This document shows positions 17,956 through 26,535 of a stretch of DNA of 64,000 nucleotides, in pieces (position 1 is the first letter of the stretch; each line of letters begins with the position of its first letter). Below the pieces are notes generated by a model, which searched no databases, was not told the origin of the DNA, and was given only the letters and a program-made list of their open reading frames with translations. Origin of the DNA: Ignavibacteria bacterium. Its GTDB lineage: Bacteria; Bacteroidota; Ignavibacteria; Tepidaquicellales; OLB5. The position numbers were made by a program, and so were the translations under genes. The DNA lies in assembly GCA_041917655.1 (NCBI GenBank), contig JAYRXC010000003.1, forward strand, positions 70,264-134,263. Direction: 5' to 3'.

Positions 17956-19138
17956 GCAGAAGTTCTCTGCGCTTTTTGCATTTATTATTGCTGCATTAAC
18001 CGTTAGCGGACGCGGAGAAAAGACAACAATTTCAGGCAGTTTTAAATCTAAACCAATGATGTTAAAAATCAATTCAAGATTCATGAAACTTACCTTTTTT
18101 GCTATTTTGTCAGTTATTATGTCATTCAGTGACTCTTGCGGAGAAGACCCTGTACGTCCAAGCGAACCGAGTGATGAGATCGAAGTATTAGACAGCAGCA
18201 TCTTTGAGTGGAGCTTCATACCGGTGCCAGTATTTAACTTCTATGATACCTATATAGCTGACACAAATGCAATATTCTATATTGGTGATGGTAAAGTGTA
18301 TTTATGCGACGGGATAAACTCTGTAAGAATATATGATAATATAAACGGTTCTGCTTATACAATAGATGGATCGGGAAATGAGCAGATCTTCATTGGCGGA
18401 TATAAGCAAGGCAGCCTCAACAGTACCCCGTTTCTTAAAAAATGGAATGGGGCCATTTTTGAAGATATTTTGCTGCCGGCTGATTCCAACAACGCCGTAT
18501 GGAATATTTGTGTTGAATCTGCAACCAGTGTATGGTTCGCGGGGCTAAACGGACGGATTTATCATTACGACGGTGTTAATGTTACTGGTTACAGGATAGC
18601 CATCCCTACCACTTTCCCAAAATTTTTCAAAAAAGATAACTCAGTATATTATTATACTGAAACTAATACTCCAAATGTCGTGGCATATGTGTACAAGTTT
18701 GATGGCAGCCAGTGGCAGCATGTCAGCACAGATTCCAGCAGCCCGCCTCTTTCGTGGTCGGGTATGGGACTGCTTGAACCCGGCAGCCACATTCTAAGAA
18801 AAACACCCAAATATATCGAAGAATTTAACGGCAGCAACTGGAACCGGGTTCTAAGAACAAGCGGCTTTGAAACTTACTCAGCGGCAGGTGAAAATTTGAC
18901 GGATTTACTCACTAATGGGATTGAAGAAGGCACTACCTATTTTAGACCATTTTATTACAATGGCTCAAAGTGGTTTCGCGATACTGGGCAATATTATCCC
19001 GAAACAGAGTTTTGGTCTTTCCCCATTGAAATGAAGTATTGCAAAGGAATCTATTTTGGTTTCTATTATGCTATAACGCTAATTAGCCATAATTATATTT
19101 TGGTAGGAAGAAAAATAATCACTCCACCGGTTAAATGA
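17933..19138 (+). CDS. Beta-propeller-like lipoprotein, hypothetical (start ambiguous: 17933 or 18083)
   Basis: The cassette ATG at 17933 gives a hydrophobic N-terminus with no lipobox. A second Met at 18083 gives a classic lipoprotein signal, MKLTFFAILSVIMSFSDSC. The body has repeated blade-like segments (IFYIGDGKVYLCDG, IFIGG, VWFAGLNGRIYHYDG). Confidence 0.6.
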   Translation: MLYISKITQKFSALFAFIIAALTVSGRGEKTTISGSFKSKPMMLKINSRFMKLTFFAILSVIMSFSDSCGEDPVRPSEPSDEIEVLDSSIFEWSFIPVPVFNFYDTYIADTNAIFYIGDGKVYLCDGINSVRIYDNINGSAYTIDGSGNEQIFIGGYKQGSLNSTPFLKKWNGAIFEDILLPADSNNAVWNICVESATSVWFAGLNGRIYHYDGVNVTGYRIAIPTTFPKFFKKDNSVYYYTETNTPNVVAYVYKFDGSQWQHVSTDSSSPPLSWSGMGLLEPGSHILRKTPKYIEEFNGSNWNRVLRTSGFETYSAAGENLTDLLTNGIEEGTTYFRPFYYNGSKWFRDTGQYYPETEFWSFPIEMKYCKGIYFGFYYAITLISHNYILVGRKIITPPVK

Positions 19139-19240
19139 AGAAGGCAAACAGCATCAGTCAACGTACAAAGTGAGTGATTGAACGATTAGTATCGTTTGCG
19201 CTTGCCTATTCCGTAATTTCCAGAGTCTCTGCTCCGGAAG

Positions 19241-19437
19241 GACTCTGGAAAAATGAAGACATAGCAGCTTATAGAAAGATAAATTTCATGACCTGCGTCA
19301 TTGTTTAAGGAATAGGGTAGTAGTATATTTGTCTAAATCAATTAATTCGCAAATGGGCTTCCTTAACACTTTTACAGCTTCTTGCAGAAAAATGAAGTCC
19401 CTTTCATTAATAACATGTTATGTATATCAAAAATAAC
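19241..19437 (+). repeat. Duplicated 5' cassette, copy 2
   Basis: See copy 1. The offset between copies is 1480 nt. Both are preceded by a CCAG(A/T)GTC...GACTCTGG stem-loop. Confidence 0.9.
19301..19331 (+). promoter_or_regulatory. Candidate promoter inside cassette copy 2
   Basis: TATATTTG at 19324-19331, with the same geometry as copy 1. Confidence 0.4.
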
Positions 19438-20530
19438 TTTTGGATTCTTTTCGATTGTGGCATTGCTATTTGCTGCATTTTGTTTTTATTCATGCGGCGA
19501 TGAAACTGTTATGATCTCTAAGGAAGAATTTGATCCTCCAAGATTTAACTGGAGGGGTATTGACTTGCCATTGACCGGATACTCAGATATTTGGGCACAG
19601 GATACTTCAAACATTTATCTGATAAATTATTATGACCGCAATTTATACAGGATCAATAATGGAAATACTTCTGCTTTTAATGCCGGGAATTACGGATTGA
19701 ACCACATGAAGGGAATTAACAACAATGAAATCTACATTTTTGGTGGTGCTTCTGATGGTATAGTTACAATAATAAAATGGGTCGGAGGCAGTTTTGAATA
19801 TTATCCCACAAATATCGATTTAGGTGCACTTACTACTCAAGGAATTAAGGGTTGTGTCCGAAATTCAAACGAAATATGGATATGCTGCCAAATCGGAATT
19901 GCTCGTTTTGATGGCGTTAATTACCAATATTTTTCTTCTGATGACTCAACAATGATGCCACAAACAATTTTTTTAAGTGAGAACAATACCATCCAATATA
20001 TTTCCATGAAAATTGATGAAACTGGCATAAAACATGTGCTTTATGAATTGAACGGAGATTCGTTCGTAAAATTGTACGAATATTTTGGAGACCCTAATGT
20101 TACGAGGAGTTCAGTATTTCTTAAGGAAATGCGGGGAAACAAGTTTGGTTTAGAAATCAAACAACCCGTGGGGGCAAGCTGGAGTCTTTGTTACCTTAAT
20201 TTTCAAAACTACTCTTTATCTCCGGGTTTTTGTTACAATAGCAAGATTCAAACCTTCTCCACTGATGTCCGCTCCATAAATCCTGCAGGATCGAGTCTAA
20301 ATAACTATGTCATGTTCATAGAAGCTGAAAACGGGTTTTTTGAACACTACCGTACAGGTTTGATACATTGGGATGGGAATAAATTCAGTAAGGAGCTTGG
20401 CCTTTCCGGACTTGCCAGGCCATCTTTCAGTATGTTTCTGTTATACAACATAAATGAATCGTCTTATTTATTTCTTGAACCGCATTATTCTGATGCAACC
20501 AGCAAGTTGTATATTGGCACCAAGAAATAA
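19415..20530 (+). CDS. Beta-propeller-like lipoprotein, hypothetical (distant paralog of 17933-19138)
   Basis: The cassette ATG is followed by the lipoprotein signal MLCISKITFGFFSIVALLFAAFCFYSC. Blade-like repeats are present (IYLINYYDRNLYRINNG, IYIFGG, IWICCQIGIARFDG). Confidence 0.7.
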   Translation: MLCISKITFGFFSIVALLFAAFCFYSCGDETVMISKEEFDPPRFNWRGIDLPLTGYSDIWAQDTSNIYLINYYDRNLYRINNGNTSAFNAGNYGLNHMKGINNNEIYIFGGASDGIVTIIKWVGGSFEYYPTNIDLGALTTQGIKGCVRNSNEIWICCQIGIARFDGVNYQYFSSDDSTMMPQTIFLSENNTIQYISMKIDETGIKHVLYELNGDSFVKLYEYFGDPNVTRSSVFLKEMRGNKFGLEIKQPVGASWSLCYLNFQNYSLSPGFCYNSKIQTFSTDVRSINPAGSSLNNYVMFIEAENGFFEHYRTGLIHWDGNKFSKELGLSGLARPSFSMFLLYNINESSYLFLEPHYSDATSKLYIGTKK

Positions 20531-20716
20531 AATGATTAATCAAAAATGGGAAGAGAAGATTAGTATATAATAAGCAATACTCGATTTAGATCTAAGCTCT
20601 TCAATTTAAATAAGAAGCAGACTCAGAATCAAAGACCGCGTCCAACGTTCTTTTGCACCTAAAATCAGGGGCTTTCCTTGTCTGCTTATTCAATAATAAG
20701 CAAAAAAATAACTGCA

Positions 20717-22510
20717 ATGAATACAAAAAGTATTATCCTTTGTATTACTTTTATGGTATCAAACTTATTTACACAGCAATGGATAAATAATTACAACTTT
20801 TCGGCAAATTATCCGGGTTATAATGTTATCCAAATGCAATTTCTAAATGCAGATTTAGGTTTTACTCGCATTAGGAGCGGTAACACAATTAAGATTTTAA
20901 AAACCACAAACAGAGGTACAACATGGAATGAGATAAATTCATATAATGTTTATCCTTACGATTTGTCTGTATATAGCTATATGTACTTCATAAATGAATT
21001 AACAGGTTTTCGATCACACGTTCCTCAAGAAACAGATAAAAATATTCTGGACAAAACAACTGATGGAGGAATGACTTGGATTAGAAAGATTAATTCCACA
21101 GATATTTTTGCCGTGCAGCCCCTTATCGGCTATACTGCTGAACAGGGTTTTTACTTATTGCTTGACAATAAATATCCTGACTTTAATCTTAAGATTTACA
21201 GATCAACTGATGGATTCGAGACTAAAGAAGTTGTTTATGACCAATATCCAGGGCTTCTCAATGACAAATACAGATTTATGAATGCGAAGTCATTTGAAGA
21301 TGGACAGATAGCCGCCGTGGGATTTGTACAAAGGGGCAACAATACAGACTATTTTAGACTTATTACAAATAGTCAATCTCCATATATACCTTATATAACT
21401 ACTAATAGTGATTTTGTTAATAATTACTTAAAATTTGAATATATTTTTAAAGTAAACAACAACTTCAGTTATTTAGGTACACAGGAAAATGTTCCGGGCG
21501 GAATGTCCGGTACAAGACTGTACTTTGACCTTAATCAAAATAATTCAACTTTAATTAACTCTCAATATTCACCTAATAGAGTGGGAGGTCTTTCTTTTTC
21601 ATCAAATAATAAGGGATTCGCTTTAATTGACGACAAGGTTTACTTGACTTTAAATAGTGGGCAAAACTGGAGCCAGGATGCGATTCTGACAAGTCCTATC
21701 ACTACCGGCCAAGATATGCTTACTTCTTTTGGCGATGCTTGCTATGCAATATCCTCCCCCGGCTTTTTCCATACGCGTAAAATATCAGGCAGTTACAATA
21801 CTAATTATGATTGGCAGGCAGGTCTCAACGGTTCCATTACTGTAGATGGAGAAAACATCAGTACACCAAATACAGGCTTTTTCAGAGGCGGCACTGTTTC
21901 TTTGACCGCAAATCAATATATTGTAAATAATACTTATGACACTGCAGCAAGATTTTATTATTGGGGTGGCAATTGCAATGGCAGCATGGGATATAATTCA
22001 GGATCTTATTTAACTAACTCAGGTTCACTGATTACTGCTGACTACAAAACCAAAATGAAATCATCAACACGTGAAGCCTTGAAGAATGCTAACCAGGTAA
22101 AGATCCTGAAAGACACCAACGGCGTAATAAACCTGATCTACGAATCAATGGAGGGAATATTTTACACACGCTCAAAGAACGCAAATGGTGATTTAAAGCG
22201 CGAAGAAATTGTCAGCGGCACTGTGCCCGCAGGTTATGTAACTTATCAAAACAAAAATCCGTACATTAGCGAAATCAAATGGCCTTCGCTGGATGCCAAT
22301 ATGCAGGAAAAGAATGTTGTAGCTTGCTGGGAAAGAAAGGTCGGCAACAGTATTAAGATATATGATGCCTACAGGACTCAATCCTACCCTGAATGGCCCT
22401 GGATTAACAATGAGAAATATACAATTGAAAATGTACCTGAAGGATTTGAGGCATTTCCAAAGGTATTTGCATTGTACCCGGGTTTAATTGCTCCAACACA
22501 GTTTCTTTAA
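20717..22510 (+). CDS. Secreted BNR/Asp-box repeat protein; probably the N-terminal part of an interrupted T9SS cargo gene
   Basis: Signal peptide MNTKSIILCITFMVSNLFTQQ. Asp-box-like motifs TTNRGTTW, TTDGGMTW, STDGFET and LNSGQNW. Ends at a TAA that is in frame with the next ORF. Confidence 0.65.
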   Translation: MNTKSIILCITFMVSNLFTQQWINNYNFSANYPGYNVIQMQFLNADLGFTRIRSGNTIKILKTTNRGTTWNEINSYNVYPYDLSVYSYMYFINELTGFRSHVPQETDKNILDKTTDGGMTWIRKINSTDIFAVQPLIGYTAEQGFYLLLDNKYPDFNLKIYRSTDGFETKEVVYDQYPGLLNDKYRFMNAKSFEDGQIAAVGFVQRGNNTDYFRLITNSQSPYIPYITTNSDFVNNYLKFEYIFKVNNNFSYLGTQENVPGGMSGTRLYFDLNQNNSTLINSQYSPNRVGGLSFSSNNKGFALIDDKVYLTLNSGQNWSQDAILTSPITTGQDMLTSFGDACYAISSPGFFHTRKISGSYNTNYDWQAGLNGSITVDGENISTPNTGFFRGGTVSLTANQYIVNNTYDTAARFYYWGGNCNGSMGYNSGSYLTNSGSLITADYKTKMKSSTREALKNANQVKILKDTNGVINLIYESMEGIFYTRSKNANGDLKREEIVSGTVPAGYVTYQNKNPYISEIKWPSLDANMQEKNVVACWERKVGNSIKIYDAYRTQSYPEWPWINNEKYTIENVPEGFEAFPKVFALYPGLIAPTQFL

Positions 22511-22522
22511 GTCATCACATTT

Positions 22523-24169
22523 TTGAAACCTGATGGCAGTGACAAAAAATTAATAGCAAGGGTGTATTTGGGTGAAAACTTTATTACAGAATATGTATTA
22601 ATAGGTCCTTCAAATATCCAGGAATATGCTATAGCTTCAATTGCAAATGTAATTGGTGAAGATAAGTACTTTAATCTCAACATTGCATATCGTAAGGACC
22701 AACTGATAGGATATAAACGGGTTGAAATTGGAAAAAACATCAGCTTTAACTCATATTTTTGCAATGTAATGGCAGGCTACCCAAACATTTCATCAGAAAA
22801 TTCACGCTGGAGAGCTTCATTGGATATAGCTTTAAAAAACACTTCAAATAGCACAAGCACATTCAATATGCAGCCGGTAATAACATACCAGGGAAGGTAC
22901 GATACAAGAATTATAGTCGATAACGAGGATGGTTCGCCTTCAGAAATAACAGGTTCCTACTATCCAATCTATGTAAGGGAAAGGCTTTCGGATGGCACCT
23001 GGAACAATTTTATTTCATACAATCCGGGCGTAAACATAATACAATTTACACCAAGTGTGGAAGGTTCCAAGCATAAAAATTCATATATGTTAAGTTATGC
23101 ACAGGGTTCCACCGAACCTTACAAATTCATTCAAAAAATTCCTGAATGGAATGGGGTAGTTAATACCCATGGGTTTTTCTGTAGCCCCGGCCATACTTGG
23201 AGTACTGACGCAAAGTTAATCAAGGGAGGGTTAATTAACGATTATTCTGCAAACCAGGACCTTGTTGCACTATTTCCCGATCCGAATCGGAATGGTGTTT
23301 TTACATTAGAAAAACGGCTTTTTACCATAACTAATGGCGCAATAGGCGATGGCAATTATGATGAGGTCATCGGTATTATTGAAGACAATGATGTAAAATA
23401 TTCTTTCAATCTGGGTAATATTATAGTTAATGGTTCAAGCATAGGTTTTCCAGGAGCTCTTGATAACACGATAGAAAATTCTAATGAGCTCAGCAATAAT
23501 ATGGTATCGCAAACTTTTCTACTAAACGAAAATGACACACTTGTAATAGGCAGAAACGCATCGTACTGTTTAGAGACAACAGAATCCGAATTTCGGGAAA
23601 TTGAATATTGGGTTAAGCTAATGAACAAAAGCAAAAATGAAATGCACCGTCTCCTTGTTCACGATACACTCCACTTCATGGACTCATTGCAATTCGAATT
23701 TCTTGAAGGATATATTATTAGGAATATATCAGCCGAAGGTGACAGTTTCTATGTTCAGCTTGAGATTGATACTGTTGATGGTAATTTTGGTATTGGCGGC
23801 GGAATTGGCGGAGATGAAGGTTCAGGCGACAATAATACATTAAAACGCAAGATATTCTGGGAAAATGATAATATGGTTACCAATAACAGTAATAATATTC
23901 CTACTACATTCAATCTGTATCAGAATTTCCCAAACCCGTTCAATCCATCTACTTTGATAAAATATGATTTGCCTAAAGACGTAAATGTGACAATCAGAAT
24001 TTATGACTTATTGGGGAGAGAAGTTGCTACGCTGGTAAATAATGAATTTAAGAATGCAGGAAGATATGAATTAGCATGGAATGCTTTGAACTATGCTACC
24101 GGAGTCTATATCTACAGAATAGAAGCCGGAGACTTTGTATCAACCAAAAAAATGGTGCTGATAAAATAA
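22523..24169 (+). CDS. T9SS C-terminal-domain protein with no signal peptide; probably the C-terminal part of the same interrupted gene
   Basis: Same frame as 20717-22510. It ends with a canonical Por/T9SS sorting domain: YQNFPNPFNPSTLIKYDLP...IYDLLGREV...GVYIYRIEAGDFVSTKKMVLIK. Confidence 0.65.
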   Translation: MKPDGSDKKLIARVYLGENFITEYVLIGPSNIQEYAIASIANVIGEDKYFNLNIAYRKDQLIGYKRVEIGKNISFNSYFCNVMAGYPNISSENSRWRASLDIALKNTSNSTSTFNMQPVITYQGRYDTRIIVDNEDGSPSEITGSYYPIYVRERLSDGTWNNFISYNPGVNIIQFTPSVEGSKHKNSYMLSYAQGSTEPYKFIQKIPEWNGVVNTHGFFCSPGHTWSTDAKLIKGGLINDYSANQDLVALFPDPNRNGVFTLEKRLFTITNGAIGDGNYDEVIGIIEDNDVKYSFNLGNIIVNGSSIGFPGALDNTIENSNELSNNMVSQTFLLNENDTLVIGRNASYCLETTESEFREIEYWVKLMNKSKNEMHRLLVHDTLHFMDSLQFEFLEGYIIRNISAEGDSFYVQLEIDTVDGNFGIGGGIGGDEGSGDNNTLKRKIFWENDNMVTNNSNNIPTTFNLYQNFPNPFNPSTLIKYDLPKDVNVTIRIYDLLGREVATLVNNEFKNAGRYELAWNALNYATGVYIYRIEAGDFVSTKKMVLIK

Positions 24170-24181
24170 AATAGCGTGCAT

Positions 24182-24219
24182 AAAGAAAAGGCAGGATCAA
24201 AACATCCTGCCTTTTCTTT
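24182..24219. terminator. Bidirectional rho-independent terminator between convergent genes
   Basis: 16-bp perfect stem AAAGAAAAGGCAGGAT / ATCCTGCCTTTTCTTT with loop CAAAAC. A/T runs flank both sides. Confidence 0.8.
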
Positions 24220-25531
24220 ATCTTGGCATCTGTGACTTAATGTATTCTGCAGGCACAAGGTAAATCTTCCCCACCTCGCCATCAAATGCCTTGGTGATCA
24301 TTCCGAGGAACTCGCCTGATTCCGTAAACACCGCCCCGCCTTCCAGGGAGATAGGTTTATTGGGCTTTATCTCAACCACGCTGGTCTTGCTCGTCCATTT
24401 TTTTGTTGCGCTCATCATGCCATCCATTGAATATACCACCGAAGAAAGCGTATTGGGATAGTAGAACAGCTTAACTTTATCGCCGTATTTTACCGATGAC
24501 AAAGTTGCGTATTTAATAGGCTTGAACTTATCCGGCGCGCCGTATCTCAAAAATACCAGGTCTTGCTTCTGGTCAAGATCTTTTTCCGTCATTTCATCGA
24601 TCCCTGCAAGTGAATCCGAAGGAAGAATTACACTGAAATAGCCGGCACCTTCAATAAGGTTCATTAGCTCAAAATTCGTCACAAGCAGTCCGTCTTTAAG
24701 CACAACACCGGTCCCGATCTTTACGGGCTCCTGGTTGCGGTTATAAACCTGTACCCTGATGAGCGGATTCTCCTTCTGGCTCACTTTGCCAACCGAGCGG
24801 TCTATCTTCTCTGCGTAGGTTAGCTCAAGTGTAGGGTCTTTAACCATCGAAGCCGTATCTGTCTGCTGGTTGAACATGATGTTTTCCATCGTCATTTCCC
24901 ACGTAAGTGTGTTACCGCTCGATGTCATGGCATTTGATTCTTTTATATCAAACGGGAATGTAATGCTGTATGTTACTTTTTTGTTCGCGTAGGTTGGACT
25001 GAATACGCTGTTCATAAGCTCATCATCAAAGCTTCTTTCAGCCTTGCGGGTAGTATGTTTGAACAGCAGGTCGCCTTCATCGTACTGGAATTTCAGCGTG
25101 CTGAACTGTACCGGGAGCTGGTTTGACCAGGTAAAAGTACACTCTTTGATAACTTTCAGCAGGACTGAAGGCTCATCAAAATGGTACTGAAGGAAAATCT
25201 CCTTTGAACCGTCTGCATTCGATGTTACCTTTACTTCCTTCACCGAAGTTCCGCCTACTCTCTGCATATCCATTTTGATGCGGTTTTCTATCATAGAGTT
25301 ATCGTTAACACTGTCCGCTCTTTTTTTCCATTTGCCTGTAGCATCGCTTGTGGCAAGGATATTCATCCGCTCAAAAAACTCCTTATCAAGAGTAACATAC
25401 ATGTTTTCCATACCGCTTCCGTCCGGGTTCATCTGGATCTCCCTTTTAACATCAAAACATCCGGCTGCAAGAAATGAAATTACGAGCAGCATAGGAACCA
25501 AAATGATATTAAAATATTTCTTTGGGCTCAT
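24218..25531 (-). CDS. Lipoprotein with a C-terminal trypsin-like (S1C-like) domain that appears catalytically degenerate
   Basis: Lipobox SFLAAGC. GTGVVLKDGLLVTNFELM aligns to the G.G..I...G.ILTN.HV block but has Phe-Glu where His is expected. LEGGAVF sits where GNSGGP is expected. Confidence 0.6.
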   Translation of the reverse strand: MSPKKYFNIILVPMLLVISFLAAGCFDVKREIQMNPDGSGMENMYVTLDKEFFERMNILATSDATGKWKKRADSVNDNSMIENRIKMDMQRVGGTSVKEVKVTSNADGSKEIFLQYHFDEPSVLLKVIKECTFTWSNQLPVQFSTLKFQYDEGDLLFKHTTRKAERSFDDELMNSVFSPTYANKKVTYSITFPFDIKESNAMTSSGNTLTWEMTMENIMFNQQTDTASMVKDPTLELTYAEKIDRSVGKVSQKENPLIRVQVYNRNQEPVKIGTGVVLKDGLLVTNFELMNLIEGAGYFSVILPSDSLAGIDEMTEKDLDQKQDLVFLRYGAPDKFKPIKYATLSSVKYGDKVKLFYYPNTLSSVVYSMDGMMSATKKWTSKTSVVEIKPNKPISLEGGAVFTESGEFLGMITKAFDGEVGKIYLVPAEYIKSQMPR

Positions 25532-25557
25532 GGCTGTAAAATTAGATTAAATTATTG

Positions 25558-26478
25558 TTATATAACAACCCTGTTGACTCTTTTCTGTACTAAAAATAAA
25601 ACTATCATAAGCAAATTTAAAGGCAAAATGCAGATTATAAGGAAAGCTTCCATGTTGTTAAATAGCGCAGCCGCGACACAAAGCGTTATATGTGTTGTTG
25701 ATCCAACATAGCTCCAAAGCCTTAATAGTACCCTGTTCTTTGCATAATATACTTTTGGATTCGGTTTTTGTTCAGCCTGCGATTCTTCGTGGTCCTTCTG
25801 GATCTTAAGCTGCAGAGCCGAGTACTTTAGATAAATGCTTATGAGAAACCTCTGGAAAAAATGTGAACCGGATTCGTCATATTTTAATCTCTGTATCTCC
25901 TGCTCATATTCTTTGATCTCTTCGATAATGTTCGATGCGCGCCCGTAAACAACTTCAAGAAATTTGTTCCTGTAGAAATCGAAATAAAAAGCCTGTACTG
26001 CGGATGAGATACCTCCTAAAATACTTAGCACCCATATATAAGTTACCGGCGGCCACTGTAAAATGGAATTCCCCCAGAGTCCGATCTCATGATAACCGAA
26101 CTGCTTTGTAAGTCCTATACCAATTCCAATGAACACGAATATGCTCACTATATAATCAACAAAGCCGTCAACGATCCTGCCGACCTTTGTGCCGTTCTTT
26201 TTCAGGCGTGCTATCTGCCCGTCAGCGCAATCAAGTACATTGCTTGTAAAGTACAAGAAAGCCCCAATGGCAAGGAATGTGAAATCCCCAAAGCTAAAAG
26301 CAACTCCGGCGCTGCACCCTATCAGGAGTGCAGCCACGGAGACCATGTCTGGTGTTAAATTTGTAGAGTAAGTTGCTTTAACGAAAAGGAATGCAAGCGG
26401 GCGGTAGAGAATAAGATCAAATACTTCTTCCACCTCTACTGCTTTCAGAGACGCTTTATATTGGCTGTATAAACTCAA
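25558..26478 (-). CDS. CDP-alcohol phosphatidyltransferase family membrane protein
   Basis: The complete signature D-x2-D-G-x2-A-R-x8-G-x3-D-x3-D is present in DCADGQIARLKKNGTKVGRIVDGFVD. Multiple TM helices. A C-terminal extension beyond the usual roughly 200 aa. Confidence 0.8.
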   Translation of the reverse strand: MSLYSQYKASLKAVEVEEVFDLILYRPLAFLFVKATYSTNLTPDMVSVAALLIGCSAGVAFSFGDFTFLAIGAFLYFTSNVLDCADGQIARLKKNGTKVGRIVDGFVDYIVSIFVFIGIGIGLTKQFGYHEIGLWGNSILQWPPVTYIWVLSILGGISSAVQAFYFDFYRNKFLEVVYGRASNIIEEIKEYEQEIQRLKYDESGSHFFQRFLISIYLKYSALQLKIQKDHEESQAEQKPNPKVYYAKNRVLLRLWSYVGSTTHITLCVAAALFNNMEAFLIICILPLNLLMIVLFLVQKRVNRVVI

Positions 26479-26535
26479 ATATCAGTATTCAGTTCTTTTA
26501 TATCCATTAATATCAGCTTTGAGCGTTTATCCCTG

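Noticed and set aside
22508-22510. Stop-codon reassignment as the explanation for the in-frame TAA
   Set aside because: Many well-conserved genes in the window end at TAA at their expected C-termini (for example the LysM gene, the T9SS protein itself and paaA), so TAA is a functional stop in this genome.
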